Shown here in pieces: positions 1 to 14,183 of a DNA stretch of 64,000 nucleotides; position 1 is the stretch's first letter; each line of letters opens with the position of its first letter. The position numbers were made by a program, and so were the translations under genes. Below the pieces are notes generated by a model. That model did not search any database. It saw nothing but the letters and a program-made list of their open reading frames with translations, and was not told the origin of the DNA. Where the stretch lies: the NCBI GenBank assembly GCA_904063045.1, contig CAJFCJ010000001.1, forward strand, positions 3,545,320 to 3,609,319, written 5' to 3'. The DNA comes from Dimorphilus gyrociliatus (taxonomy: Eukaryota > Animalia > Annelida).

Positions 1-852
1 AAGATAAACAACTAAAAATCAAATATCCCTTAAACCAACATAATTTCTTCTTCTCTTTCTCTTCCTTATCTATTTTAAGGCACGCTCCGCTACTCGAAAT
101 TTCCTCACTCGCTTCACTCCCACCAGAAGAACAGATTGCATATGATCGGTCATCAAGGTCAAAACGATTGCCTTCTACATCTCTATTTCTCTTTTTAATA
201 GTTCAATAAATTATTTTTATACAACAATTCTTTTTCTGTTATTCGTTCGTTCGCTCAGTTATTCATTCACTCACTCACTCACCAATTCATTCATTCATTC
301 ATTCAAACATTTATTTATTTTTAACTTTTATTTAAATTTCTTTCTCTCTCTCTCTCTCTTCGTTTCTTCCCTTCATTGAATTGTTTTCTTTATTAATCTT
401 TTACTTTTTCACACCTACTCTTTAACTAGTTAATAAAATCAAATTATTTCATCATTTTCATTTGCCGTTAAACCTCGATCATTAAGAAAAATAACCGCAA
501 CAATTACAAACCAATAGTCGATAATTGAATTAATTGATTATTAATAATCCCTAATCCGATTAAGATCGAATTCTTTTCAATTGGAAAAAAACACCGCTTT
601 CACAAAACCAACTCATACCCACCGCTCCTCTCTCTTAACCCTATCCAACCCCCTCCCCCCTAGAATAATCTTTATTTTTTCATTCAACGGCACCCCCTAG
701 TCAAACCGTTCAACCACAGACTATCGAGTAGAGTGCCCCTATCCTTTTCTCTCTTTCAGTTATCTCATTCCTTTTTCGCTGGAGTAGAAACCCCTCTTTT
801 TTTGGTGTCGATTCTGTAACGATATGCTTCTTTCTGTTTCAATTTAACAGCT

Positions 853-886
<34 letters not shown>

Positions 887-1188
887 TTCGCTTTTCTGCT
901 CTCTTCTCTTTTCCTATAAATCTCAATCTATTTTTATTCTCAAAATTTCATTCTCCTTAGTTTTCTTCTTCATCTCCTTTTAACTTTGTTCATGTATCTT
1001 TCTAACCATCCATCCATCTATATATCTATCTATCTTTCCCCCTGTCGTTCTCTCTCTATTTCTCTCGCTCTCGCTCTCGATCGCTCCGCGCTCTCCTCCA
1101 ACGCCACCTAGGTCAGGTTTAAGCGCCACAACGATTCGAATCGCCATACAAGAATCTGTAAACGATTAATCTCAGCGGATTATGATAA

Positions 1189-2247
1189 ATGGCTTCAGTG
1201 ATGCGGAATATTAGCGAAAATAGCAATCTGACTTTAAATGAGGATGCTGGCTATCCATTGGGAGTACAAATTCTAATAGGCCTAGTTTTAGCGGCAATTA
1301 TTTGTTTGTCATTAATTGGAAACACAGTGGTATGTGTGGCAATTTTAACGGAGAGAAACTTGAGAAAGGCTGGAAATTATTTTCTCGTATCTCTGGCCAT
1401 AGCGGATTTGCTCGTCGCTGGGACTGTGATGGTGTTTGCAGGAGCTAATGATGTAATGGGAAGGTGGATATTCGGGCGTCACTTTTGTAAAATATGGTTA
1501 TCTTTGGACATAATGTGCTCTACGGCGTCCATACTCAATTTATGCGCAGTTAGCCTAGACAGATACTTGCATGTTCGAGCACCATTGCATTACGACATAA
1601 AAATGTCGACTTTTCGAGCCGTCCTCGCTATAGGCCTAATCTGGGCATGTTCGGCCTTAATATCGTTTTTGCCAATACATTTAGATTGGCACGTGAGGAC
1701 TAGAGCCATCTTTAACGGATTCTGTATGATGGACTTGAATCCCATATATGCAACTGCATCGTCTCTCGTGTCGTTCTACGCACCGTGCATAGTTATGATA
1801 GTTTTGTACTTGAGACTATTCCAAAGCGCTCGCAGGCACGTCAGAAGCATTAGGAGAGGAACATTCGATAGGTCGGCCTACAAAGTCAGTGACGCCAAGG
1901 CGGCGACAACTTTAGGAATAATTATGGGTACGTTTTTAGTGTGTTGGCTACCTTTTTTTACCGTCAACCTCATAGCGGCGTTTTGCGACAAGTGTATTCC
2001 GTCGTATGCGTTCATAATAGTTACGTGGTTGGGATATGCTAATTCCACGTTAAACCCTGTTATCTATTCCATATTCAACGCTGAGTTTCGGATGGCTTTC
2101 AAAAAAGTTCTTTCCCGTTGTATTCCGACATTTGGAAATACTTCAACTCAAAGTATTTCTGGTAGGACTTCATCAGTTGTAAACGGCCATGGATTATCTC
2201 CAAGTCATTCGTACAGGCCGGTTTCTCAGCAAATAACAAATTTATAA
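1189..2247 (+). CDS. Dop1R1: Intronless class A aminergic GPCR, D1-like dopamine receptor (352 aa)
   Basis: Seven hydrophobic segments. TM1 GN; TM2 SLAIADLLVA; TM3 Asp (LDIMCSTASILNL) then DRY; TM5 SSxxS (YATASSLVSFYAP); very short ICL3 ending SDAKAATTLGIIMG, as in invertebrate D1-like receptors; CWLPFF; NSTLNPVIY. Confidence 0.9.
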   Translation: MASVMRNISENSNLTLNEDAGYPLGVQILIGLVLAAIICLSLIGNTVVCVAILTERNLRKAGNYFLVSLAIADLLVAGTVMVFAGANDVMGRWIFGRHFCKIWLSLDIMCSTASILNLCAVSLDRYLHVRAPLHYDIKMSTFRAVLAIGLIWACSALISFLPIHLDWHVRTRAIFNGFCMMDLNPIYATASSLVSFYAPCIVMIVLYLRLFQSARRHVRSIRRGTFDRSAYKVSDAKAATTLGIIMGTFLVCWLPFFTVNLIAAFCDKCIPSYAFIIVTWLGYANSTLNPVIYSIFNAEFRMAFKKVLSRCIPTFGNTSTQSISGRTSSVVNGHGLSPSHSYRPVSQQITNL

Positions 2248-4039
2248 AAAAACAAAAAAAAAAGAGAGAAAAACTCAAATGTTTTACTGCAAATGCTCAA
2301 TTTTTCGCATTTACTCGCAAAACTGGATCAATTACTCTTTCATTTTTAAGCAATCATTTCGTTCTACGGTAAACGGGGCTTTTTGCATTCGAAATTTACA
2401 GTAATTAGACGTCAATTTGGTTTTTGGTTAAGAAATATGCATATATTGTTTAGGAGTATATACAGCATATATACTTTCTTTTCTTTATACATATCGTACA
2501 TCCCCTTCTTACGCTCTCTTCTTAAAACCATCCTTATACCATTATTAACAAAACGCTCCTTTGTATGTTCCTATTCTTTTATTTAATTAGCTTTCTTCCT
2601 TGTATCATCCTGTCTAATAAATAAATAACACCTTCTTGGCGTCAAATTACATAAGTATTTGTCGGAATTATCTAAATGACCGATAAGCTTTGCCTTTTTC
2701 CTTCTTAATCAGGAGACAAAGCATCAGTAATTGCATTAGATTATTTGTTTCTTTCAATTTCCTGAAAAGCAATTAATTTCTTCAACTCAAAAAGCCCTAA
2801 GCCGTAATTAATGTCAGAAAATGACAAATTAACTAGCTATTCTGAAATAATGTACATAATTTGTATTGTAAATGAATTCCAACAAAGGTGCTATAGATGA
2901 TGAAGACATCAAGAAATTGTGGGGCTTGTAAAATTCTGCAGTATTCAGCAGCAACTCTTGTTTCTCTTAGAAATAACCTTACTTTTTGTGTTTTGTTGAA
3001 TATTCAATAAATAATTACTTTTTACGTAAATTATTCAAAATATCTTTAAAACATGAATCTTTCATTGCTGTCTCTTTCTTCTCCCCTCCCCTCTCTCTCT
3101 CTTCTTTATCTTTCTCAGGCTTTACCTATTTCGATATACTCTCCCCCCACCCCTCCCCTCTCCTTTCCTCTTCCTACTTCCTTCCCAGTCCTCTTTCGTC
3201 CTTCTCCTCTTCTCTCGCTCTTTCTCTCCCCCCTCCGTCCCTCTCTCTCTCTCTCTTTTTCTCACCCATTCTCACTCTCTTTTCCACCCTAAATCAGTCA
3301 CGCCCAAACGCCTAAAATGGATTCAATCAACAATTATACAAAACTCTTTTCTAAACCTTCAACAAATATATCCCCACCTCCCCTTCCTTCGAACTAATAA
3401 ATGATCCCTCTTTTTCTATCTAGCCCAATTCCCCTCTCCATTATTCCTTTATTTGATATCAAATTATGACTTTTTCCCTTTTATATGTTTGTGTTTGTCG
3501 GGATTATCATCTTATACCCTGGTTCTTTCATATGGTCAGATCGAACGCTTGATCTATTTCGGTCGACGGTTATAGTTTGTAAGTCCACAAGTCGCCGACT
3601 TTGCTAAGGCAATTGACTGACAAAAAGGCTCGCAGAGGCGATTTTCTTTCGGTTGGCCGATCGGTCGTCTTTGCATATTTTCTTGTACAGATACGAGTAA
3701 TAAATCACTGTTAGAGAATGCGGTAATATACTGCTACCCCAACAACTACTTCTGATATCACTACAACCGCCTCTGTTGTTTTTACTACTGTTGCTCTACT
3801 AATGCTTTAGCTGCTGTTTTTCCTATTTGCTGCTACCATTACTGACATATCTTTTACACCATTTTCATATACCCTCCTCAATATATCTCTATTTGGTATA
3901 AGAGTAACTCTTATATCATATTCCATTTACTCTGACAGTTTCAGGAAATCAAATAAAAGATTTCTATCATAACAAACTCGAATCAAATTTCCAACAAGTT
4001 GACAAACAAACTTGGTTGCTGTCCTACTTTGAACCATAT

Positions 4040-4079
<40 letters not shown>

Positions 4080-5046
4080 CAGCGACAGCGTATGAGTGAG
4101 TGAAAAAGAGAAGAAAAAGGAAGTTGAGAAAGAGTAAAAAGAATAAAGGAAGGAAAAAAGGCATTGATGATTAAATGAAGAAAAGACAAACGATTAAACA
4201 AACAGTCTTTTAATTAAACTGTTGGACGGCTTGAGAGAATTTCTAATTGGTCACAAGAAAGCTAAAAAAATCTATCTATGATGGGTAGGCAGGGAGATGG
4301 AACGGTAAACAAAGTGGGAAAAAATTGAATGAATGTGGCCGTTGAGATTAATAGAGTCTTATCTTGCTTGTCACGTGATTTGGACGGGCTAATTCCACTG
4401 CAAATCCAATCTAAATCCGTTGCAGATTTGCTGGCGGAAAAATATGCCATTTGCCAATGGGATAAATAAATTCTGAATATAAATAGGATTTTTTCCTTTA
4501 CTTTATCAAATTAAAATAAAACGTCTTAAAATTATTTTTAATACTTTTTTGTTTTGTCTCTTTTCTATCCGATTCCGCGTTCTATTTAGTTCTCTCCCGC
4601 CCTCACTCCCCCCACCCCTACCCTCTCTCTTACTTGTACGCAGTTCTTTTTTTTCTATTGCTCTTGGTGCAAGACGAATTGACGAATGATCGAGATGAAA
4701 GAGCCTGGGATAGATAGATGGAAGCAAGTAAGAGCGAAAGAAAGAGAAAGAGAGAAAGAGAGTGAGTAATAAATAGGCAGAACGGAAAGAAAGAAAGCGA
4801 GAGAAATAGGATTTCGGAAGAAACATCCTAGAAAAGGAGAGACAAGTGGTAGGTCTACAAAGAAAATGGGAAACAAAAATAGAATAAAGATTATCGTCTC
4901 AAAAATGTTACAAGCTAAAAATATCATCATTTTGTATTTTACTTTTCAATGTATTTAAAAAAATGGAAAAAAAAACAAACCAGATGCCAAAATCTAAATA
5001 TTGGATAAACTAGACACGAAAATAATAAATGAATTTAAATTCCTTT

Positions 5047-5048
5047 TC

Positions 5049-5106
<58 letters not shown>

Positions 5107-5121
5107 TCTCCCTCTCTCTCT
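5047..5121 (+). repeat. (CT)n microsatellite; representative of dozens of CT/AG tracts in the window
   Basis: Directly visible CT dinucleotide run with a few CC interruptions. Similar tracts at 4045-4078, 7591-7625, 28791-28820, 42813-42851 and elsewhere. Confidence 0.95.
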
Positions 5122-7588
5122 CGTCCTCTGATAAGATTTCGATGAGAAGAGAGGAATAACGCAAGAAGCAAGTAAAGAGAAAAATATGAAAGATAAGAGG
5201 CAATTTTTCAAATGGAAAATAATGCAAGTTATCTCCAAAGATCACGTAAATGAATGATATACAATGAAGGTTGCAAGTTTTTTCTACTTCATTGTCTTTT
5301 CATCTATTTTTTACTCTGTTTATTTCGCTTTTATGCGTACGCATAGGATGAGTATTTGGGTGGAATAAGAACTCGGCCTATCTGAACATTGTTAAAGAGA
5401 AAAGGGAAGAGTGAGAAGTAGAGTGAGAGTGTGACAGTGTGAGAGAGGGAGAGATATAAAAAGAAACGTGAAAAAACGGATATAGAGAAAGAGAAAGAGA
5501 AAGTGGGGGAGAGGAAGAGGGAGAGGGAAGAGGGGCAAAGAAAGAGTCAACTTTGATTATGGAGGTTAAATGCAAAAGATGACAAATCAATTTTATAGAC
5601 AAATAAGAGGTGGCAGGAGTGACCACGTTAAAAGTTTTCACCTAAACCTTATGGTTTAAAGAGCTAGTTCCATTCGACAATTTTAAGGGCAAAAGGAAAG
5701 AAATAGTGAAAAGGTAAGGAAAGAGCGGCTATAGGAGGCGGTGTGGGAGGGGCTTACGACAAAAAGAATTTTATTAGAAATGTTTCACCCGTAAGCCTTA
5801 AAAAGAATTACCATCTCTAATCAAGGGTAAATTAGAAAAGAAGATAAGGGCTAATCATTCTCTTTTTATAGTATGGCTAAAAACAGCTTAGAAGAACCGT
5901 CTACGTTCCGCCTTTGAGTTTGATAATTAAAGAAAAAGTGTAAAAGGTTGATTCAATTTTCGGACTGCGGCCTTTGCCTTATCTTGCGCAAGAGGTTAGG
6001 AGAGAGCACAAATAGATTGATGGTAATGGGTGAAGGAATTTATTCCCTTACATTCCTCTCTTCTCTTATTTCGTTTCTCTTCTCCTTGTCAGTTAATTTC
6101 ATTCATTCGTTTATTCATTCATTCATCCGTCCAACTAACTATCTATTCATTCGTTCACCCACACATCCATCTATTCGCCCATTTATCCATCTTCTACCGT
6201 CCATTCGTTGGAGGAAAACCTCTTCCTTTCTTCGTTCACCTCTATTAAAGTATATTATTTTATTGTGAGGCATAGCGGGAATTTCATCGACTAGCGGGCA
6301 GAATGACAGCAACAGTTGCCGCTCCACTAACTACAATATCAATAAAGACAACTAGTACTATAAAAAAAAACACTTGTACCATTAATAATAATATTAATAA
6401 AGGCGCGAAGGGGAAAAGGAAGCAAGAGGAACGATATGATCATTGGATAATAACATTACAACAAGTACTACTCCTACTACTAAGACTCTTACTACTGTTC
6501 TTTTTTTAATAAAAGATTAGCGTCTCTTCTCTAATCTGAGCGTAGAGCTTAAAATAGCTTTGCGAATCTATTTGAAAACGCCATTAAAGAAGTTTTAATT
6601 GAATAATAATAGATATTTACATTAAAAACTTGATTGTAAACGACACGGATGCATATAATTAATGATATAACAATATTAAAAGATTACGAAAAATTCGCTG
6701 TTAATTAGCAGGCGTTATGGAATCTAATTAAGTGTCGACGTCTCTTTCGACGCCGCGTAGTGGAGCTACAATATAAACATTGACATGGGCGACTAGTAGT
6801 AATAAGAATGGGAGCGTGCATTTCTGTAGGCAATTTGATAGGAAGTTTTGTAGAATGTTAATAACTGATTTAGCGATTTAGACGAGTATCTAATATCTGA
6901 CGAATCCAATTGAATGGTTAACAAAGGCTTTAATCAATAGAATTCACTCCTGTCTAGATTATTTCTTATTTTAATTTACTAAAAGAAAAATTGGAGAAGG
7001 AAATGCAAAACCCTCGGAGATTAGCCATCAGACGCAGAAACGATCATAATCCTTTTCCTATTTAATTATTACATATAAATAAATAAATACCAACTGCGAA
7101 AAGAAAGCCAATTCGACGAGAGAAGAACCTTTCTCCGAACCAGGAGGAGAGAATGAGAATTGATGGCAAAAGCGAACATTTTCCCTCATTTTCTCATCCT
7201 ATTCCTCCTCTTGGCGGCAAAGAAGGATTAAAAGGAGAGAGGACACATATTATTAAAGAATTTTACGCAATTATTAAAGGAAAAGAATAAAGAGAAAGAC
7301 AGAAATTTGTAAGACATGCGCATAGGTTTCCTTAAAGGCGTATTATTTGAATAATTGAAGAAGGTCGAATCGTGGTTGTTTTGTAGTATATACTTACAAT
7401 AATGCCATGTTAAAACTGTAATATCCCTAAAAGAGGCTATTACTTTTTCTATTCTTCTTCTTCCTTCAAACTCGTTCCCCTTCCATTTCGTTCTTCCTTT
7501 TCTCTCATTCTCTTTCTGTGTGTTTGTGTGCCTTTTTCCTTTCTTCCTCTCTCCCCTCTCTCTCTCTTTATCTATATATCTATTTCTT

Positions 7589-7628
<40 letters not shown>

Positions 7629-10600
7629 TTTATCTTTTCCTTCCTCCCACTCTTGTCCTTAGATAGAATATAATTATATCAATGAATCCTAATAATACAT
7701 TTTTTATATTGTATATATTAGAAAGGGAAGATTTATTTATACTATAGAAATGTAGATAGTATATAGTATATATATAAATATATATAGCTGTTACTATATA
7801 TGGAAATATATTAGGACAAAAAAAAAGTTTAAGAAAGAGATAACAGTTGTAACGTCGGTAATAACGGCAATAAAAGTAAGGATTTAATTAATCCCTCAAA
7901 CCCCGTTAACGACCATTTTTGTATCGAAAACCAACATTTTCTTTCTCTTTTACACTATTTCCCGCCATTTTAATCGATTAATTAGTATCATAAAACATTC
8001 GTAGTATTATATTAATTATTTATAAAAATATCATTATTATTCACTAAATATTCGTCTTTTACTGATCTATCATTCTTCTTATTTGTTTGTAGACCTATTA
8101 TCTATCTGTCCCTCTCTCTCTCTCTCTCTCTTTCTTTCTTTTCTCTGCCTCTTTCTCTCACTCTCTCCTTTCCTCCCCTTCTCTGCTCTCCTTCTCCGTG
8201 TCTCCGTGTCCTTCTTATCAGCTTTTCCCTCGTTATGATATCTGTACTAGTGTTTGTCGTTGGCAGCTTAATCGGTTTTTTAATCGTGTTTCGTAGTTTT
8301 GAAGGGATAGTTACTTTGTTTTAATTGAAAGGTAATGCAATGAATACAAATAAGAATAGAAGCATGTTAGTAAAATCAAACAAGAAAAGGCTTAAAAGAT
8401 GACAAAAAAATGTCGCCTTTCTCTTTTTCAACTTGTAGAGAATATCAGTAAAGACGTCTTAGGCTAATCACATGTTTTACGCGCCAGCGATCATCATAAA
8501 AGCGTCTTATGTTAGCTTTTGAGAGACGGAATCTATTTTCGATGATGTCGAATCGCCTGTTTGAAGATGGTTAATAGTGTGAATATAAAGTGCAAAAAAT
8601 CATAGGGAATAACATCCAATTGTCTCTTTTTTACATAATTTGCAGAAATGACCAGTTTTTTTATCTTTCTTTCTCTTTTTCCCATATTCCATTCCCGTTT
8701 TTTTCTCTACTTACTTTTGCAAAAAACATCTCATTTAAATATTCTACAAACTTATTGACATTAAGGTAAATAGAAAGAATTTCAACTGTAGCGTTGATCG
8801 TCTGCAGTGTAAGCGCAAGCTGATATACTGTATATATCGAAACTATATACGGTATATATATATACAATATATATACATTTGTAACTCCATTCATCGTTGG
8901 GCCGTCTCTTTTTCTGTCTCCCTGGCGCCTACTCGAGGACGAAATTTGCATCCGAAACAAATGAAAAAGCTCGAAGGCGAAGGAAAGAGGAAAAGAGAGT
9001 TTTTCATAACCATTTATATGGAAATTAATTGGTTGCGAAAAGCGAGTGTTTATAATACAGTAAGAGGGTATTTATGCAAATCACATTCCAGCATTTCAAT
9101 TATTTCAACTCCAACAAAACTTGACCAATTCTCCTAGTCTCTCTTTATTTCTTCAAACTTTTCTCTTCATTCTATTCAGTGCGCTTCTCCTTTTCTCTTG
9201 CATACTTACAATCATTCTTTTCTCTCCTTTCCTTTTTCATTTTGCCATTTTACTTTTCTCTCTTTTCTATTTCTCATTCCTTGCCTTTTCCCCCTCCCTC
9301 TCTCTCTATCTCTTATGAAAAAATGTCTTAAAAGTGTTAACTCTTCACGCTAGAGCATCTTCACAAGATGGATTATCGGTCAAGATTCGTTCCAGAGCCG
9401 ATTGGATGCAGATGAATTGGAAAATCTCTGATGTGTCATCGTTTGATCCTGAAGGGGTTAGAGACACGAAGGATAACGGGTTGGGTGGGCTTAAAGTGCA
9501 TGCAAAAGTAGGAGATTAACAGAAAGAAAGAAAGAGGCTCGGAAAAGAGAGAGAGAAGAGTGCTGGGGAGCAAAAGGGGAAGGAAGAGAAAAAGGAGAGA
9601 GATAATTGAAAGATAGCGTTATGAAAGTCCAATGCCAAATTGGACTGTTGGTGAAAAATTTCGTAATTGAACATAAAAGTCGAAGGAAACTGAGATAAAT
9701 GCTGATCATGATTGGTTTGAATAAGAAGAAACATATACAATGTATATAATTCCGTTGCGAGGAATTTCCTTTTAGCTTAATATACCCGGAATAAGACGCC
9801 TGCAGCTTAGCGAGGTCTATCACTGACCGGATATGAAGCTATTTTTGACGCTCTCTTTTAGACGAGAAAGAAGCGAAGGTTTAAAGCGTTGAAAAAGCGG
9901 CGCCCGAGAAGACAGCCGGCGTTTCCACTTCAAAGACTCCTATTTATGAAACCCCTCAAATAATGGCCTTAGAAATTCTTCCTTACTGGCTTAATCACAC
10001 TATTCAGGTGTCATTAGAGAATGGAAATATTATTAGTACTCGTCTCTGAATCATTCACGCAAGGTAAAGCCGATCCAAGTCAAGTCACACACAATCACTT
10101 AATCTGTTCCTTTCAGCCCATTTTTATTCAATCTGTATCAATCTATTAGAAAAAGAGAAAAGGGTTGTGCTGTGTTTGGTTGGCGTGGAGGGGGTTGGGG
10201 GGAGAAGGGGGGAGAAAGTGGAAATGGATGAAAAGTAAGGAAGAAGAAAATAAAAAAAGACTCAAGTTTTTGTAAAGAGATAAAAAAAAAGTTAAATAAA
10301 AAACTTTTGCTTATAAAAAAGAAAGAGAAAGTTTAGAGACTTAATTTGCTTCTTTCTTCTTAGTTATTCTTAATTTAAAAAACGTGATAAACACTAATCT
10401 TCTGTTTCTTATTTATCATTATTAAATCAAGAATTGGACGTATTAATCTCTCTCATCAGTTCCAGTCTTGCATTCATTTAAAGAAGCGATCAAACGATAA
10501 TTTTGCAATTGGAATTTCTGGAAAAACGAACGGTTTTGTTTCTGTTTTCTAGAAAGAATCGGCAGGGATTGGTACGGACGGACGGGGGAAGATATTAGCT

Positions 10601-13600
10601 AGCTTAGGTGGGGAGAGAAGAGAACTAAGAAAAAAGAGTTTTTATCTCAAAGCGTATCGTGTAAAGATAGAATAAAAGAGGAGAAAAAAGGAAGAAAGGA
10701 ATAGGCAAACGAAGGAGAAATATGAAAAGTGAGAGAGAAAAAAAGGAAGAATATAAGCAATTATTTGCAAGAAAAGAAATAATTCGACATACAGAGCATG
10801 CATGTAGTAGTTTATTACAAGTGGAGCGTACAATCAGGATACTTGATCTAGTAGGATGAAGATCATGGCATACAATGGAATCTGTTTGAAAGAAGAACCT
10901 AATTAAAAAAAAAACGGTAGGTAGGTAGGGAATGGAGATCATTTTCGTTCCTTTTTAAAACAGCGCCGATTCTCCTTGTTTTGGAACGACGAACCAACGT
11001 CGTCCTCTTTCTTTTTAAACTCTTTCTTCTTTCATCAAAGATTTGCTAGTTTTGTTAAAAGTCAAGCGTCTTTTCTATTTCTTTAAATGTTATCTTAAGA
11101 AAATCTGGAAAAAAAGGTCTCTTTTACAGTCAAATATTTGATCGTCATTTCACGGTCACCGCCTCTTGGTCCACGGGGAATGTCGAGCGTCTTTTTAAAC
11201 GCTGCCTTGGCTATTGATTGCAACTGACAAGCGTTTGAATGACGCCTGTTTGGACTTGCTTATACGAAATTGAAAGAGGCAAGAAAGCAAACAATTATCC
11301 GTCTAAATGAGTTTAGATGATATTTGAAGGTGAAGAGGGCGTTGTTCTTGATCGGTCAACTAAGACTGTAACCAGCCTGATGAAGCGTGCGCAACGACCC
11401 GATCGGTTAAATCTGCCCATCAGCACGAACATTATAAGAAAGAAGTTGGGAAATTTCCTGATAGAAAACGATATATAAGAAAGATAAAGAGACAGATAGA
11501 TAGAAAGATTAACATCTAGTTGTAAAAGAAGTAACGTAGAGAGAAAGACAGAGAGAGGGAGAGAGTAGAGAGGTAAGGTGGTGGGAGAGATTAATACTAT
11601 TCAAATAATATGTTAAGATAAATAAGGTAAAAAAAATCTGTTCAAACACGGGTTAAGTGAAATTTGTAAGATTAGAAAATTGAATGAATATACAAAGAGA
11701 AAAGAGAAAAGCGAGAGAAAAGCAGAATAGAGATTTTATAAATAAAAATTGTAACAAAAAAGAAAAATTGAAAGGAAAGTGAAAGGAATAAAAGATAGAT
11801 AGACAGAAAGAGAGAGAGAGAGAGAGAAGGAGGGAGGAAGGGAGGAATAGAAGGAGGAGATAGACTTGGCTGAAGGAGGGAGTTGGAGAAAAACGTAAGG
11901 TTAATAGAGAGTTCGATTCGTCCATTGTGTTGAAAAGATATTTATAAAACGGATAAGTGTTTGAAAAATATTAAGAAATTCTTCAATTTCAACTTTTTTT
12001 CAACTTTTACAGATCGAATAACTTCTCAATAAATTCTGTAAAAAACAAATTCTTTTCACTCGACAATTCGATCTACTTCTACAGCTGATGCTTTCGACTC
12101 CCCTGAGTATAAAGAAATGTGACTTAAATTCGTTAGCTGTCATTGATTTCCTAAGAATAATACATAGTTAATGTTTGATTACACAATCCTTCCAGCTTTT
12201 CATTTACTCTACCAATAAGAATAAGACGACTTGCAACTCGATCCCCCTTAGGCCTAACTTTTTTAATATAGGCAATATTTACAGGACCGTCGTTTATCTA
12301 ATGCCCGACAGAAAATATTTTTTTACGTTTTTTTCCATCTCTATTCCTCTTCCTCCTTCTCCTCCCCCTCTTCCTCCCGCTTCTTCTTTTGTTACTCTCT
12401 TTTTTCCTCCCTCCTCTTATCCTTCTTGTCTTTCTTTTTCTTCTCCTTCTGCTTCTTCTTCGTATCTACTTCATTCTCCTATTTTCCCCTCTTCTTTTCT
12501 CTTAACAACACTACATCTACTGTAATATTTATACAAAGCAAACACCATATACAATTTACTTATATACATATATTTATATTTATACTTTACTTTACGTTAT
12601 ACATGTTTATTCTCTAGTTTTGTCATTGGCCTTTCGCTCTTATTCCCTTCTTATCTTTACTCTTATTTTTATCACTCACTCTCTCCCTCTCTCCCTCCCT
12701 CCCACTATTCGCCCCAATCTAGTTCACTCGTTCATTTAGTCACTCAAACGCATCTCCTAGTTAGCTCGCCCATTCCGCTCTTCTCACTCATCCACCATGT
12801 GCTTTCCTTCTGCTAAATTCTCAAATCGTTCTGTTTTTTAGCATATCCTTCTCCTTTAGTTATTCAATCATTATAGACATGAATCGAAGTAAAGCGAAGG
12901 GGAAAATGCTAATTTTCAACTGATAGGTAGAGACATCTACTGCAAAGAAAGGCTACTTAACCTAATTCACTCAACACAATAGTCTTTTATATTTACTAAT
13001 TTCGTAATAATAGTCATCTGACTATTTTTATGTTGTTATTCATCTAGTTTTTAACGTCCTTTTAGTCGGTCATAAAGTTTTATCTAACTTCCTCACCGCC
13101 CATGAGGTATCCTTAATTCTCTCTATCTTTCTTAAGCTAAAGAATACAAAGAAGCGACTAGGAAAAATATGACAAAAAAAACCATATGAATGCCAATCGA
13201 TTGAGCAGAGAAGGAATGGAAGAGGGAAGAAAGAGCATACAGAACGAGAGAGGTAGAGACAGAGAAAGAGAAAGACATAGATAGACGGATGATAGACTGA
13301 CTGACTGACAGAATAGAAAGGAAAAAAGAGAAAGAGGGGGGAAAAAATAGTCATTGAACATGCATCACGAATCAAAGTAGAATATACCTCATCGCTGTTG
13401 CATAATTAAAAAGAAAAAAAGACGTTTTAGCCGGATAAAACTATCATAAAGCCATTCGTTTTACAGCGCTTCCTGCCATGCGTATCGTAGAAGCATATAA
13501 ACTTTAATAAAAAGGTAATTACAATGAATAAGAACAGGTGTAAAATGATTATTTATTTAAATATAAAGAGAAGCAAACTTTCTTTTCGTTTCAACTTTTA

Positions 13601-13829
13601 GTCTTGTACAAATATTGAGAGAAAGTAAAAGGAAAAGAGCGTTGTAGATGGATTTATTCTAGGAAAGGGGACAAGGAACGAGAGACAGATACAGGGAGAA
13701 GGGGTAAAGTAGGGGCGGAGTTTAACTGATGTCAGGAATCGCTGTAATAGCATCGATAGCATGTCTATTTGTTTGTTTGTTTGTTTGTTTGTTTGTTCTT
13801 GTTTCTGTCCTTCAATCTATCTAGTTTAT

Positions 13830-13882
13830 TTATCTATCTATCTATCTATCTATCTAACTACCTATCTATCTATCTATCTATC
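13830..13882 (+). repeat. (TCTA)n tetranucleotide microsatellite, preceded by (TTTG)n
   Basis: Directly visible tandem units. Confidence 0.9.
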
Positions 13883-14183
13883 TGTCGATCGCTTGATCGA
13901 ACTGTCTTTTTTCCTGATTTTCTTCTCTCCACCCCGATCTTTCTCTCTTCTTCTCTCGTCATCTTTCCTCAACTGCCTCCATCGGTCATGGAGCGTTTAT
14001 CAATCTTCATTCGTTCTACGTACAACCGAATACACTAACTACTATTGGACGGTGAAAGAAAGAACGATAATAGAATAAAATATATAAAGCCAAGTTGGAC
14101 GGAACTCTCAATATAAAAAGTCACAATTTATTTGTTCTGATTGGTTTGTTTGTTTGTCTGTTCGTTTGTTTTTTTGTTTTATC

